From Bacteroidaceae bacterium (GTDB lineage: Bacteria > Bacteroidota > Bacteroidia > Bacteroidales > Bacteroidaceae), in contig CAVBGK010000009.1 of NCBI GenBank assembly GCA_963594995.1, forward strand, positions 29,331-93,330: DNA of 64,000 nucleotides. Reading direction: 5' to 3'. Positions within the stretch are counted from its first letter, which is position 1; every line of letters starts with the position of its first letter. The position numbers were made by a program, and so were the translations under genes. This document shows positions 9,836 to 19,989 of the stretch, piece after piece. The notes beneath the pieces were generated by a model. It did not search any database and was not told the DNA's origin. It worked only from the letters and a program-made list of their open reading frames with translations.

Positions 9836-10882
9836 ATGAATCAGAGAATTATCATATCCACCCATCTTGAAAGCGAGATTGCCAACGCACTCTCCGAATG
9901 CGAGCACGACCGGACTTTCATCCTCGTCGATGAGAGAACAGAAAGCGAGTGTCTGCCCCTCATCCGGGGCTACTTCACCTTGAAGAATGCGCAAATCATC
10001 ACCATCAAGGCGAGCGACACCCACAAAGATTTGGAAAGCATCGCCCACGTGTGGAAATCGCTTGGGGACGGAGGTGCGTCACGCCACTCCTGCCTCATCA
10101 ATCTGGGAGGTGGCATGGTGACCGACCTCGGTGGTTTCGCCGCATCCACCTTCAAGCGCGGCGTCAACTTCATCAACATTCCCACTACGCTGCTGGCCAT
10201 GGTGGATGCCTCGGTAGGCGGCAAGACGGGGATTAACTTTAATGGACTCAAAAATGAAATAGGCGTATTCAATGACTCCAAGTATGTAATCCTTGACACG
10301 GAGTTTCTCAAGACGCTCGATGCTGAAAACATCTGTTCTGGATATGCCGAGATGCTGAAACATGGTTTGATCTCGACCGAGGAGATGTGGACGGAGCTGA
10401 TAAGCTTCGACATCGACCACCCCGACCTCAAGCACCTGCAGCAGATGGTGGGCGACAGCGTGAAGGTAAAGGAGCGCATCGTAGAGGAAGACCCTCACGA
10501 GCACGGCATACGAAAGGCACTGAACCTAGGGCACACCTTCGGCCACTCATTCGAGAGCTGGGCGTTGAAGCGCAAGCCCATCCTGCATGGCTATGCCGTG
10601 GCCTTCGGCTTGATATGCGAGTTGTACCTCAGTGCAGTGAAGACAGGATTCCCTACGGAGAAAATGCGCCAGACGGTGACTTTCATCAGGGATTACTACG
10701 ACACCTTGCCCATTACCTGTGATGACTACCCCGAGCTGATAGAGCTAATGACCCATGACAAGAAAAACCAAAACGGCATCATCAACTTCACCCTCCTGGG
10801 CGGCATTGGCGACATCCTAATCAACCAAACCGCCTCACAGGAGGAAATCAAGGAAGCACTCGACTTCTTCCGCGAGGGGTAA
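9836..10882 (+). CDS. aroB: 3-dehydroquinate synthase
   Basis: GGGMVTDLGGF, PTTLLAMVDASVGGKTGIN, LNLGHTFGH, LHGYAV. Start taken as the ATG at 9836, after the TATCTTTG box at 9806-9813. Confidence 0.95.
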   Translation: MNQRIIISTHLESEIANALSECEHDRTFILVDERTESECLPLIRGYFTLKNAQIITIKASDTHKDLESIAHVWKSLGDGGASRHSCLINLGGGMVTDLGGFAASTFKRGVNFINIPTTLLAMVDASVGGKTGINFNGLKNEIGVFNDSKYVILDTEFLKTLDAENICSGYAEMLKHGLISTEEMWTELISFDIDHPDLKHLQQMVGDSVKVKERIVEEDPHEHGIRKALNLGHTFGHSFESWALKRKPILHGYAVAFGLICELYLSAVKTGFPTEKMRQTVTFIRDYYDTLPITCDDYPELIELMTHDKKNQNGIINFTLLGGIGDILINQTASQEEIKEALDFFREG

Positions 10883-10904
10883 TCGGATACCTTTATTCTT
10901 CTTT

Positions 10905-10940
10905 CGGAAGTTAGGGAATTCCACAACTCCCTAACTTCCG
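10905..10940. repeat. 13-bp perfect inverted repeat between aroB and GH89
   Basis: CGGAAGTTAGGGA...TCCCTAACTTCCG, with no U-tract on either strand. Confidence 0.75.
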
Positions 10941-11000
10941 GATAAACAATACACTCTGACACATAATTTATTATATAAAACCTAAATTCATTCATTTCCC

Positions 11001-13283
11001 ATGAGAAAGTTCGTATTTTTCCTTTTCATTGTCTTTGCAATGACCATTCAAGCCAACCCAGTCGATGAATTGCTAGAGCGCATCGACAAAGGAGCTTCAC
11101 AGAAGTTTAAGACCATACTCGTAAAATCGGACAAAGATTTCTTTGAGATCGACCAAACACCCATTTCCGCCAAGAGCAAGGCAAATGCTCCCATCGTCAT
11201 CCGCGGAAACTCGTGGGTGAACATCGCCGTGGGTGTCAACTGGTACCTGAAGCACCATGCCGGCATCCACATCTCATGGAACAACTTGACAACCAAGATT
11301 CCCACCCATCTCCCCCGGGTGGAGAAGAAGGAACGTCATGAAACCGACCTCACGCTACGCTACAACTTCAATTACTGCACCTTCTCTTACTCCATGGCTT
11401 TCTGGGATTGGAATCGGTGGCAGAAGGAAATCGACTGGATGGCACTACACGGCATCAATATGCCCCTGGCCATCGTGGGCGAGGAATGTGTATGGCGCAA
11501 CATGCTGCTCAAACTCGGCTACACCGAGGAGGAAGTGGGCAAGTTCATAGCTGGTCCAGCCTTCCTGGCATGGTGGGAGATGAACAACCTGGAAGGATGG
11601 GGAGGGCCTCTGCCCCTCAACTGGTACAGGCAGCAGGAAGCCCTACAAAAGAAAATTCTGGCAAGGATGAAGTCGCTCGGCATGAAGCCCGTGCTGCCTG
11701 GCTACTGTGGCATGATGCCGCACGACGCCAAAGAGAAGCTGGGGCTCAACGTGAGCGACGGCGGACTCTGGAACGGCTACCAACGCCCCTCCAACCTCAC
11801 CCCCACCGACAGCCGTTTTGCCGAAATCGCCGACCTCTACTACAAGGAGCTGACCCGCCTCTTCGGCAAGGCCGCCTACTACTCCATGGATCCCTTCCAT
11901 GAGAGCAACGATGACGCTTCCATCGACTACGCCAAGGCAGGCAAGGAGATGATGGATGCCATGAAACGCGCCAACCCCTCAGCCACCTGGGTCATACAGG
12001 GATGGACGGAAAACCCTCGCCCCCAGATGATAGAGGACATGAAGCCAGGCGACCTGCTCATCCTCGACCTCTTCTCCGAATGCCGTCCGATGTTTGGCAT
12101 CCCGAGCGTATGGAAACGCGAAGGCGGTTACGGCAAGCACAACTGGCTATTCTGCATGCTGGAGAACTTCGGCGCCAACGTGGGATTGCACGGAAGGATG
12201 GACCAACTGTTGAACAATTTCTACCTAGCCACCAACAAAAAGAAAGGTTTTACAGAGAAAAAACAGCAAGGAGAAACGAACAACACCCTCAAGGGCTGGG
12301 GATTCACCATGGAGGGATCGGAGAACAACCCCGTGATGTTTGAGCTGATGAGCGAGTTGCCCTGGCTGTCGGAGAAAACGACCAAAGAGGAATGGGTGAA
12401 GGAGTACTGCTTCGCAAGATACGGCGTACACGACGTCACCATCGAGAAAGCCTGGACGATACTCGCCCAGAGTATCTACAACTGCCCACTGGGCAACAAC
12501 CAACAAGGTCCCCACGAGCCCATCTTCTGCGGCCGCCCGTCGCTCACCAACTTCCAGGTGAAGAGTTGGTCGAAGATGCGCAACTACTACGACCCCGAGG
12601 CCACCCGCCAGGCCGCCATCCTCTTTAGCAGCGTGGCGGAGAAATACCGGGGGAATAACAATTACGAGTACGACCTAGTGGACATCTGCCGGCAAGCCCT
12701 CGACGACCAAGGCCGTCGGCAGTACCTGAAGACCATCGCCGACTACAACGCCTTCTCGCGCCAAGACTTCGCCATCGACTCCAAGCGGTTTCTCGACATG
12801 ATTCTGCTGCAAGACAAGCTGCTCGGCACCCGCAAGGAGTTCCGCCTCGGCCATAGGACGGAAGCTGCCAGGAGTCTCGGCAAGACTCCGCAGGAGAAAG
12901 ACCTCTATGAATGGAACGCCCGTGTGCAAATCACCACCTGGGGCAACCGCACCTGCGCCGACAAAGGCGGGCTGCGCGACTATGCCCACAAGGAATGGCA
13001 GGGACTGCTCAAAGATTTCTACTTTAAGCGCTGGAGTACCTACATGAAAGCCCTCGCCGACCAGATGGAAGCCGACACGCAAGCCAACTACGAGGCTCTG
13101 GGCGGAGGAAAGAACGCCACCAAGACAGCCTCCGAGCTATTCCAGATGGCCCTGCCCAGCGGTCCGAAGATAGACTGGTACGCCCTGGAGGAGCCATGGA
13201 CCCTGATGCACAACGAGTACTCCTCGAAGCCCGAGGGCAACAGCATAGACGTGGCAAGAGAGGTAATCGATTTCATCAAATGA
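11001..13283 (+). CDS. alpha-N-acetylglucosaminidase (GH89, NAGLU-like)
   Basis: YNFNYCTFSYS, EIDWMALHGIN, MNNLEGWGGPL, DPFHE, TMEGSENN, ITTWG, DYAHKEW; signal peptide. Confidence 0.93.
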   Translation: MRKFVFFLFIVFAMTIQANPVDELLERIDKGASQKFKTILVKSDKDFFEIDQTPISAKSKANAPIVIRGNSWVNIAVGVNWYLKHHAGIHISWNNLTTKIPTHLPRVEKKERHETDLTLRYNFNYCTFSYSMAFWDWNRWQKEIDWMALHGINMPLAIVGEECVWRNMLLKLGYTEEEVGKFIAGPAFLAWWEMNNLEGWGGPLPLNWYRQQEALQKKILARMKSLGMKPVLPGYCGMMPHDAKEKLGLNVSDGGLWNGYQRPSNLTPTDSRFAEIADLYYKELTRLFGKAAYYSMDPFHESNDDASIDYAKAGKEMMDAMKRANPSATWVIQGWTENPRPQMIEDMKPGDLLILDLFSECRPMFGIPSVWKREGGYGKHNWLFCMLENFGANVGLHGRMDQLLNNFYLATNKKKGFTEKKQQGETNNTLKGWGFTMEGSENNPVMFELMSELPWLSEKTTKEEWVKEYCFARYGVHDVTIEKAWTILAQSIYNCPLGNNQQGPHEPIFCGRPSLTNFQVKSWSKMRNYYDPEATRQAAILFSSVAEKYRGNNNYEYDLVDICRQALDDQGRRQYLKTIADYNAFSRQDFAIDSKRFLDMILLQDKLLGTRKEFRLGHRTEAARSLGKTPQEKDLYEWNARVQITTWGNRTCADKGGLRDYAHKEWQGLLKDFYFKRWSTYMKALADQMEADTQANYEALGGGKNATKTASELFQMALPSGPKIDWYALEEPWTLMHNEYSSKPEGNSIDVAREVIDFIK

Positions 13284-13352
13284 CAGTTTTCCCTCTCTCA
13301 AAACTCCCATAGAAATCTACACCATTTAACACTTAACGTTAAACATAAAAAA

Positions 13353-14435
13353 ATGACCACAAGACTGAAATCCCTCGACATCATGCGAGGGCTCACCGTA
13401 GCCCTCATGATACTCGTCAACAACGGAGGCAGATACAACTACAGCTTCCTGGAGCACAGCAAGTGGAACGGCCTGACGCCATGCGACCTCGTCTTCCCCT
13501 TCTTCCTGTTCATGATGGGAATGTCCACTTTCCTTTCTCTCAAGAAATCTGGGTTCAAAGCCTCCCCTGCCCTCTACAAGAAGATTGCCAAGCGCACCCT
13601 CCTTCTCTTCCTTATCGGTGTAGGAATCAACTGGTTCGACATACTCTGCAGCGGCAACGGCCTCGACTTCGCCCACCTCAGAATCTGGGCGGTGATGCAG
13701 CGCATCGCCCTGTGCTACGGGGTAGTGTCGCTGCTGGCCCTCACCATTCCTCATCGCTACTTCGTCCATACCATCATCGGTCTCATCATTGCCTACATGG
13801 GCATCCTCGCCTTCGGCAACGGATATGCCTACGACTCTTCCGTCAACATCCTGGCACAGATAGACATCCGACTGTTCGGTATCGACCACCTCTACCACAA
13901 GAGTCCCGTAGACCCAGAAGGGCTGCTCGGTACCATCCCAGCCGTTGCCCACACGATGATAGGCTTCCTCTGCTGCAAATACATCTCCCTGGTGGGGCAA
14001 GACGTGTACTCCAAGATTAAGTTTCTCAAGATAGCCGGCTTGGTGATGCTCGTCCTAGGCTTTTTCCTCTCGCTCATCGGTTTCGGCATCAACAAGCGCA
14101 TCTGGAGCCCCAGTTTCGTTTTCGTAACCTGCGGATTCGCCGCATGGATACTCAGCTTGCTCATACAATGGATAGACCGGAAGCCTACTGCCGACCAGCC
14201 CATAACCAAACTTTTTCTGGCCTTTGGCATGAACCCCCTGTTTCTCTATGTAGCGAGCGAACTACTGGCCATCGTGTTCGGCAGCCTCGGTATCAAGGCG
14301 TTCCTCTTCGAGGGGCTCCGCAGTCTCATCCACGACGAGTACCTCACCTCCCTCTCCTACGCCCTCTTCTTCGTCGCCCTCCATGCCGCCATGGGCATCT
14401 GGCTGTACCGCAAGAAGATTTTCATTAAGTTGTAA
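13353..14435 (+). CDS. Heparan-alpha-glucosaminide N-acetyltransferase-like membrane protein (HGSNAT/NagX family)
   Basis: RLKSLDIMRG, HSKWNGLTPCDLVFPFFLF, MQRIA, DPEGLLGT, INKRIWSPSF. Confidence 0.88.
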   Translation: MTTRLKSLDIMRGLTVALMILVNNGGRYNYSFLEHSKWNGLTPCDLVFPFFLFMMGMSTFLSLKKSGFKASPALYKKIAKRTLLLFLIGVGINWFDILCSGNGLDFAHLRIWAVMQRIALCYGVVSLLALTIPHRYFVHTIIGLIIAYMGILAFGNGYAYDSSVNILAQIDIRLFGIDHLYHKSPVDPEGLLGTIPAVAHTMIGFLCCKYISLVGQDVYSKIKFLKIAGLVMLVLGFFLSLIGFGINKRIWSPSFVFVTCGFAAWILSLLIQWIDRKPTADQPITKLFLAFGMNPLFLYVASELLAIVFGSLGIKAFLFEGLRSLIHDEYLTSLSYALFFVALHAAMGIWLYRKKIFIKL

Positions 14436-14482
14436 GCAACAAAGAATAAAATGCGGGGACCAAATAGTTTTCCTTTGATTTG

Positions 14483-14530
14483 CTCTGGAAATATTGTAGA
14501 TTCTTGAAGACTTCTACAATATTTCCAGAG
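14483..14530. terminator. 18-bp perfect inverted repeat between convergent genes
   Basis: CTCTGGAAATATTGTAGA-N12-TCTACAATATTTCCAGAG. Confidence 0.6.
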
Positions 14531-14573
14531 ATTAGACAAGATGGGGAGGGCAGATGAGCCTATCCTTTCATTA

Positions 14574-14690
14574 CTACGAGGCACAATAATCCTCATAAAG
14601 GACTTTTTGCATTTTATCGACCATCGCCTTTTTGGTAGCTTTGGCAGCATTCCATCTTCTGAGTGCTTCTTCTCTTGTCAATTTATTCAT
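14574..14690 (-). CDS. Small basic helical protein, 38 aa (MNKLTREEALRRWNAAKATKKAMVDKMQKVLYEDYCAS), possibly 3'-truncated
   Basis: ATG at 14690 in an AT-rich context; amphipathic helical sequence resembling small Bacteroidales hypothetical proteins (from recollection, not searched). Confidence 0.55.
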   Translation of the reverse strand: MNKLTREEALRRWNAAKATKKAMVDKMQKVLYEDYCAS

Positions 14691-14849
14691 AGATGTACCT
14701 GCTATTAATATATGAGCGCCAGCAAACGCCTGAATGCAATTGAAATAATAATAATTTCTGAAATATGTGCGTTTATCCAATATTTTTTTGTACTTTTGCA
14801 AAAAATGGCATGAAACCAGCAAAATAGAAACAAAAAACAATAGAGATTT

Positions 14850-15200
14850 ATGCACACATCTAATAAGATTTACAGTTTTGTGGCAGAGGAACGAGAAGGC
14901 CATATCCTGCTCACTGCCCAGGAATATCCATGGAGCGTGCTCCAGGTAGTACCTACAACTCCAGAGAATTATGATGAGGTGGTGGCGAAGTGCCTACAGC
15001 GGGGCATGGTGGCAAAGCACGATACCGACAAGTCGTTTGTTATTATCCACCTCGTGAGCGGCGACCAGAATGGCAGGTACCCTGAGCGACATATTGAAAT
15101 GAGTATGCCGTGGGATGTTGACAGGTATCTGAATGCGCTGAAGGACAGCATGGCGCAAGCGGCGGTATGGGTGCATACCAATATCGTATTAGCAGACTAG
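14850..15200 (+). CDS. Hypothetical protein, 116 aa
   Basis: Globular-looking composition, A-rich leader, TACTTTTG box at 14791-14798. Confidence 0.75.
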   Translation: MHTSNKIYSFVAEEREGHILLTAQEYPWSVLQVVPTTPENYDEVVAKCLQRGMVAKHDTDKSFVIIHLVSGDQNGRYPERHIEMSMPWDVDRYLNALKDSMAQAAVWVHTNIVLAD

Positions 15201-15209
15201 GCTTTGTTT

Positions 15210-15271
15210 AGTTTCACACGATGGAACTATGAGTTTCACGGCATGAAACTCGGAGTTCCTGGCGTGAAACT
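15210..15271. repeat. Three tandem palindromic units with 22-bp period (AGTTTCA-N5-TGAAACT consensus)
   Basis: Units start at 15210, 15232 and 15254. Confidence 0.8.
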
Positions 15272-15622
15272 TTTAGAGGCTTCCTTTAGCCTGACTTTTC
15301 CTGACTTGACTATGACTATTCTTGATTTGACTAGATTCTCTTTTACTTTATAAACTAAAAAGGGAGACACCTTCTTTTGAATAGGCATCGCTTTAATAGA
15401 CACTATTTAATCAACCGTGCCAAAAATTCAAAAAAACTATAATATTCTTAAAAAGCCAAGGGATTACGGATATTTTCATGTATTTTTGCACCGAAAAGGG
15501 GCAGAAGCCACCAAGCGACACGATAATTACACAAGAACAAAAAAAACAGAACAAGACAAACTACACAGACAATCTTCTCTTCCTTAAAAGGAGAAGTGGC
15601 TCTAAAACAAAGCAAAAAACAG

Positions 15623-18058
15623 ATGAACAACTACAAGTTCGGATTATGGATAGCGATGGGAGCATTGCTTTCCATGGTGCCCTCGTATGCCCTCGCACAA
15701 GACGAGGACGAAATCAAGCTGCATTACGTCAAGGGGGATACCTTGACCTTCTATGCCGACGCCTTCACCTTACCCGAAGGTGCCAACCTGGACAGACTTC
15801 TTCGCAAATTGCCAGGCATCACCTATTATAGCAGCGGCAACGTGGAAGTGGACGGAGTAACCGTCAAGGAAATGATGATAGATAGCAAGACTTTCTTCAA
15901 GAATGCCATCTCTACCCTCACCGGCCGCATCCCTGCCTACGCCATCTACATGGTGAAGTTTTACGATTACGACCAGGGCAAGCGCATGAGCATCACCCTG
16001 AAGAAGGAATACAAGAAGAAATGGTGGGCGGAATTTTCTGCCGCACTAGGGCCCAACGGGAGATACTCTGAAAAGGCATTTGCGATGATCGACGGCAAGA
16101 AACTGCGCATGACCGTCTATGCCAACGCAAACGACATCAACGACTCCCGACAGCCTGGGCAAGAGACCGAATGGACTCCTGCGGAAGCTGCCAAGAACCA
16201 ACGCACCACGCAGATGGGTGGCTTTGACTACAAGTGGAAGCAGAAGAAATGGGATGTGACAGGATTTCTCACCTTCAACCGCACCAACACGGAGACCGTG
16301 ACCGACATTCGCCGCACCAACTTCATAGAGTCTGGCAATACCTTCCAGACTTCCCATGCCGCAGGCTGCAACAAGAAGATGAAGATAGACACCTACCACG
16401 ATTTCCATGCGATGCTAGGCCAAGTGGATGTACACGTCAAGCCAAAGTTCACTTACAATTCTGGCGACAATGCCACCGTTACCGATGCGACAGTGGCGGC
16501 AGAAGGAGGCACTGCCCTCATCAACGACAGCCGAAGCATGACCTCCACCCTCAGCCACAACTACACGGCTGGCATCTCTGCCACAGCCAGCATCAAGTGG
16601 GACGGCAAGCGGAAGCAGCTGAAATGGGAAGCCGGCGCAACCAACAAGGGCGGAAGAAGCGAGGTGCAGACAGAGCAGACCATCAACTATTACGATGCCT
16701 CCATCGACTCCACCTATCACTATCACCAGCGTCTCTTCACGCGCCCCATCGACTACACTGACTATTATGCCAAGATGGGCTACATCTGGCTCACGAAGAC
16801 GATGCTCGGCACCCTGCAATACCAGGTGAAGCACATCAACCAGTATGAGCGAATGAATGAGGATGGCGACAAGATAGGTGACAACAGTTATCGACAGCAT
16901 GAAAGCGAGACCAAGCACGAGTTGATGCTCAAGGCAAAATGGGGCATTACCAACAGTCTGGGCGTGTGGAGCATGAACCTCTACTTGCCTTTTGGTCTAA
17001 ACCACCTGGAGCGTACCTATCTCAGGCTGGATTATGACCGCCGGCACACGCTCAACTACTTCTCGCTGAATGCGAAGAACACCTATATGCAATGGCGCAG
17101 CGCCAATCTCCACCATAAGATTACCCTGCTTTTCCAGAGCACCACGACCGTGCCCGACTGCGAGATGACGGAGGATGTAACCATCACTACCGATGCCCAA
17201 AACTACTACAAGGGTAACCGCAACCTAAAGAACCAGTGGTGGGTGGACGGCAGACTGACCTATACCTACCTGAGTCAGGACATGCGATATGAATGGGGAA
17301 TGCAGGTGGAACACGAGAACTATCTGAACGCTCTTGTTACCAAACTGTGCTACGACCGCCCTTCGGGCAGAAAACTTTACACCTACGACAACGCCAGCGG
17401 CAACAACACCACCAAGCTGAAATGGGTGTTCGGCTTACCGCTGACCAGTGGCAACAACCTCTTCCTACACAACAGCATCACCTACAAGCTGCAGCACAAG
17501 GTGAGTTTGGAAGAGACGGCAGACAAGACATCCGCATCAACGGATGGCACCACATCCGCTATCCTTACGACCGATGTGAAGAAAGAAACTACGGTAAAAA
17601 GTATAGACGACGACTTGCGGCTGAAATGGAAAGTGGGCGCACAGGTATTCACCCTCCGCTCCCGTTTCCGCCAGTCGTATGCCAACAACAATGGCAAAAT
17701 CTCCCGGCCTATCGACTGGGAGACAGGCCTGCTGGGCCACCTCCATTTACCATGGAAGCTCGACCTAGCCACCAGTTTCAACCTCTACGGGCGCCGCAAG
17801 TATTCTACCAAAGAACTGAATACCAACGACTTCGTATGGGATGCCCGACTGGTACGTACCTTCCTTAACAACCGGTTAATGGTGGTACTGGAAGGTTTCG
17901 ACATCCTGCACCAACTCAAGCACGTGGAGAACACGCTGACAGAGAGCTACGTAAGCAGCAAGTCAACCAACGTGATTCCCTCCTACGCCATGGCGTGCAT
18001 GGTGTACCGCCTGAACTACAGTGCCAAGAAATACAAGCCCAGCCTGCATTGGTACTAA
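15623..18058 (+). CDS. Outer membrane beta-barrel, paralog of 6736-9684 lacking the N-terminal extension
   Basis: Signal peptide ...YALAQ, KGDTLTFYADAF...LLRKLPG plug-like segment, NLKNQ, FDILHQ, terminal YAMACMVYRLN; TATTTTTG box at 15481-15488. Confidence 0.8.
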   Translation: MNNYKFGLWIAMGALLSMVPSYALAQDEDEIKLHYVKGDTLTFYADAFTLPEGANLDRLLRKLPGITYYSSGNVEVDGVTVKEMMIDSKTFFKNAISTLTGRIPAYAIYMVKFYDYDQGKRMSITLKKEYKKKWWAEFSAALGPNGRYSEKAFAMIDGKKLRMTVYANANDINDSRQPGQETEWTPAEAAKNQRTTQMGGFDYKWKQKKWDVTGFLTFNRTNTETVTDIRRTNFIESGNTFQTSHAAGCNKKMKIDTYHDFHAMLGQVDVHVKPKFTYNSGDNATVTDATVAAEGGTALINDSRSMTSTLSHNYTAGISATASIKWDGKRKQLKWEAGATNKGGRSEVQTEQTINYYDASIDSTYHYHQRLFTRPIDYTDYYAKMGYIWLTKTMLGTLQYQVKHINQYERMNEDGDKIGDNSYRQHESETKHELMLKAKWGITNSLGVWSMNLYLPFGLNHLERTYLRLDYDRRHTLNYFSLNAKNTYMQWRSANLHHKITLLFQSTTTVPDCEMTEDVTITTDAQNYYKGNRNLKNQWWVDGRLTYTYLSQDMRYEWGMQVEHENYLNALVTKLCYDRPSGRKLYTYDNASGNNTTKLKWVFGLPLTSGNNLFLHNSITYKLQHKVSLEETADKTSASTDGTTSAILTTDVKKETTVKSIDDDLRLKWKVGAQVFTLRSRFRQSYANNNGKISRPIDWETGLLGHLHLPWKLDLATSFNLYGRRKYSTKELNTNDFVWDARLVRTFLNNRLMVVLEGFDILHQLKHVENTLTESYVSSKSTNVIPSYAMACMVYRLNYSAKKYKPSLHWY

Positions 18059-18255
18059 GACGGGGCGCTGTTAGGACAAGACAAAATTAGGATACAATAC
18101 CACTTTTGCCCCTTTAGGGCGTGATGGCCAAACCATGCCAAGTTGTTTTTTAATCGTTACTTATATTAAAAAGCATAAAAAGGAATGCGGGTTCGGATTT
18201 TTTTTGTATTTTTGCAACCAAATAAAAAATAAAAATAGATATATCTAAATAAAGT

Positions 18256-19989
18256 ATGAACATTTTAGAGTTGAGCGAACAGGAGATTGTTCGTAGACAG
18301 AGTCTTCAGACATTGCGCGAGATGGGTATTGACCCATACCCAGCGGCAGAGTTTCCAACCAACGCATTCAGCACAGACATCAAGGCTGAGTTCAAGGACG
18401 AGGACGAGCCACGCCAGGTGGTGATCGCCGGTCGTATGATGGGGCGTCGCGTGATGGGTAAGGCCAGCTTTGCAGAGTTGCAGGACTCCAAGGGAAGAAT
18501 CCAGGTGTATGTTTCCCGCGACGAGATTTGTCCCGACGAGAACAAGGACCTTTATAATACTGTATTCAAGAAGCTCCTCGATATCGGTGACTTCATCGGT
18601 GTGAAGGGTTTCGTTTTCCGTACACAGACAGGTGAGATTTCAGTGCACGCCAAGGAACTGTGCCTGCTCTCCAAGAGCTTGAAGCCACTGCCTATCGTAA
18701 AGTATAAGGATGGTGTAGCCTACGACAAGTTTGATGACCCAGAGTTGCGTTATCGCCAGCGTTACGTAGACCTCGTAGTGAACGATGGTGTGAAGGAGAC
18801 TTTCCTCCAGCGCGCTACTGTAATCCGCACACTCCGCAAGTTCCTCGACGATGCGGGCTATACCGAGGTAGAGACCCCTACCCTGCAAGGTATCGCAGGT
18901 GGTGCTTCGGCTCGTCCATTCATCACTCACTTCAATGCGCTCGACCAGGATATGTATATGCGTATAGCCACAGAGCTTTACTTGAAGCGACTCATCGTGG
19001 GCGGTTTTGAGGGTGTCTATGAGATGGGCAAGAACTTCCGCAATGAAGGTATGGACCGCAACCACAACCCTGAGTTCACTTGCATGGAACTTTACGTGCA
19101 GTATAAGGACTACAACTGGATGATGTCTTTCACCGAAAAGTTGCTGGAAACCATCTGTATCGCCGTGAACGGCAAGCCGGAACGTGAAATCGACGGCAAG
19201 ATTGTGAGTTTCAAGGCCCCCTACCGCCGTCTCCCTATTCTCGACGCCATCAAGGAGAAGACAGGTTTCGACTGCAACGGCAAGAGCGAGGAAGAAATCC
19301 GCAACTTCTGCAAGGAGAAGGGCATGGACGTGGATGAGACCATGGGCAAGGGCAAGCTCATCGATGAACTCTTCGGCGAGTTCTGCGAGGGTACCTTCAT
19401 CCAACCTACCTTCATCACCGACTATCCCGTGGAAATGTCTCCGTTAACCAAAATGCACCGCTCTAAGCCAGGCTTGACCGAGCGTTTCGAGCTGATGGTA
19501 AACGGCAAGGAACTTGCCAACGCTTACTCCGAGCTCAACGACCCAATCGACCAAGAGGAACGTTTCATCGACCAGATGAAGCTCGCCGACAAGGGTGATG
19601 ACGAGGCGATGATCATCGACCAAGATTTCCTCCGCGCCCTCCAGTACGGCATGCCCCCTACATCGGGCATCGGCATTGGCATCGACCGCCTCACCATGCT
19701 CATGACGGGCAAGACCTACATCCAGGAGGTATTGCTATTCCCCCAGATGAAGCCAGAGAAGAAGATGCCCCAGAGCACAATCAAGGAGTGGGCAGAAATC
19801 GGCGTGCCGGAAGATTGGGCTTATGTACTCAGAAAGGCAGGATTCAACCTCATCTCCGACATCAAGGAAGAGAAGGCACAAGGCTTGCAGCAGAAGATGG
19901 GCGAAATCAACAAAAAATACAAGCTCGGCTACGAAAAGCCTTCTGTAGATGACATCCAGGGCTGGATAGATACTGCAAAGGCTCAGTAA
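18256..19989 (+). CDS. lysS: Lysine--tRNA ligase (class II) with C-terminal extension
   Basis: YRQRYVDL, GGASARPF, RIATELYLKRL, FRNEG, ANAYSEL, GMPPTSGIGIGIDRL. Confidence 0.98.
   Translation: MNILELSEQEIVRRQSLQTLREMGIDPYPAAEFPTNAFSTDIKAEFKDEDEPRQVVIAGRMMGRRVMGKASFAELQDSKGRIQVYVSRDEICPDENKDLYNTVFKKLLDIGDFIGVKGFVFRTQTGEISVHAKELCLLSKSLKPLPIVKYKDGVAYDKFDDPELRYRQRYVDLVVNDGVKETFLQRATVIRTLRKFLDDAGYTEVETPTLQGIAGGASARPFITHFNALDQDMYMRIATELYLKRLIVGGFEGVYEMGKNFRNEGMDRNHNPEFTCMELYVQYKDYNWMMSFTEKLLETICIAVNGKPEREIDGKIVSFKAPYRRLPILDAIKEKTGFDCNGKSEEEIRNFCKEKGMDVDETMGKGKLIDELFGEFCEGTFIQPTFITDYPVEMSPLTKMHRSKPGLTERFELMVNGKELANAYSELNDPIDQEERFIDQMKLADKGDDEAMIIDQDFLRALQYGMPPTSGIGIGIDRLTMLMTGKTYIQEVLLFPQMKPEKKMPQSTIKEWAEIGVPEDWAYVLRKAGFNLISDIKEEKAQGLQQKMGEINKKYKLGYEKPSVDDIQGWIDTAKAQ

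Noticed and set aside
15210..15271. Palindromic array as a mini-CRISPR
   Set aside because: The 22-bp period leaves no spacer-length unique sequence
18060..18125. GGGGCG...TTTTGCCCCTTTAGGGCG REP-like remnant
   Set aside because: Single degenerate copy in this window; cannot be supported without a genome-wide search
19750..19989. C-terminal extension of LysRS
   Set aside because: As far as I recall this is a common Bacteroidetes feature (DUF4332-like), so not novel
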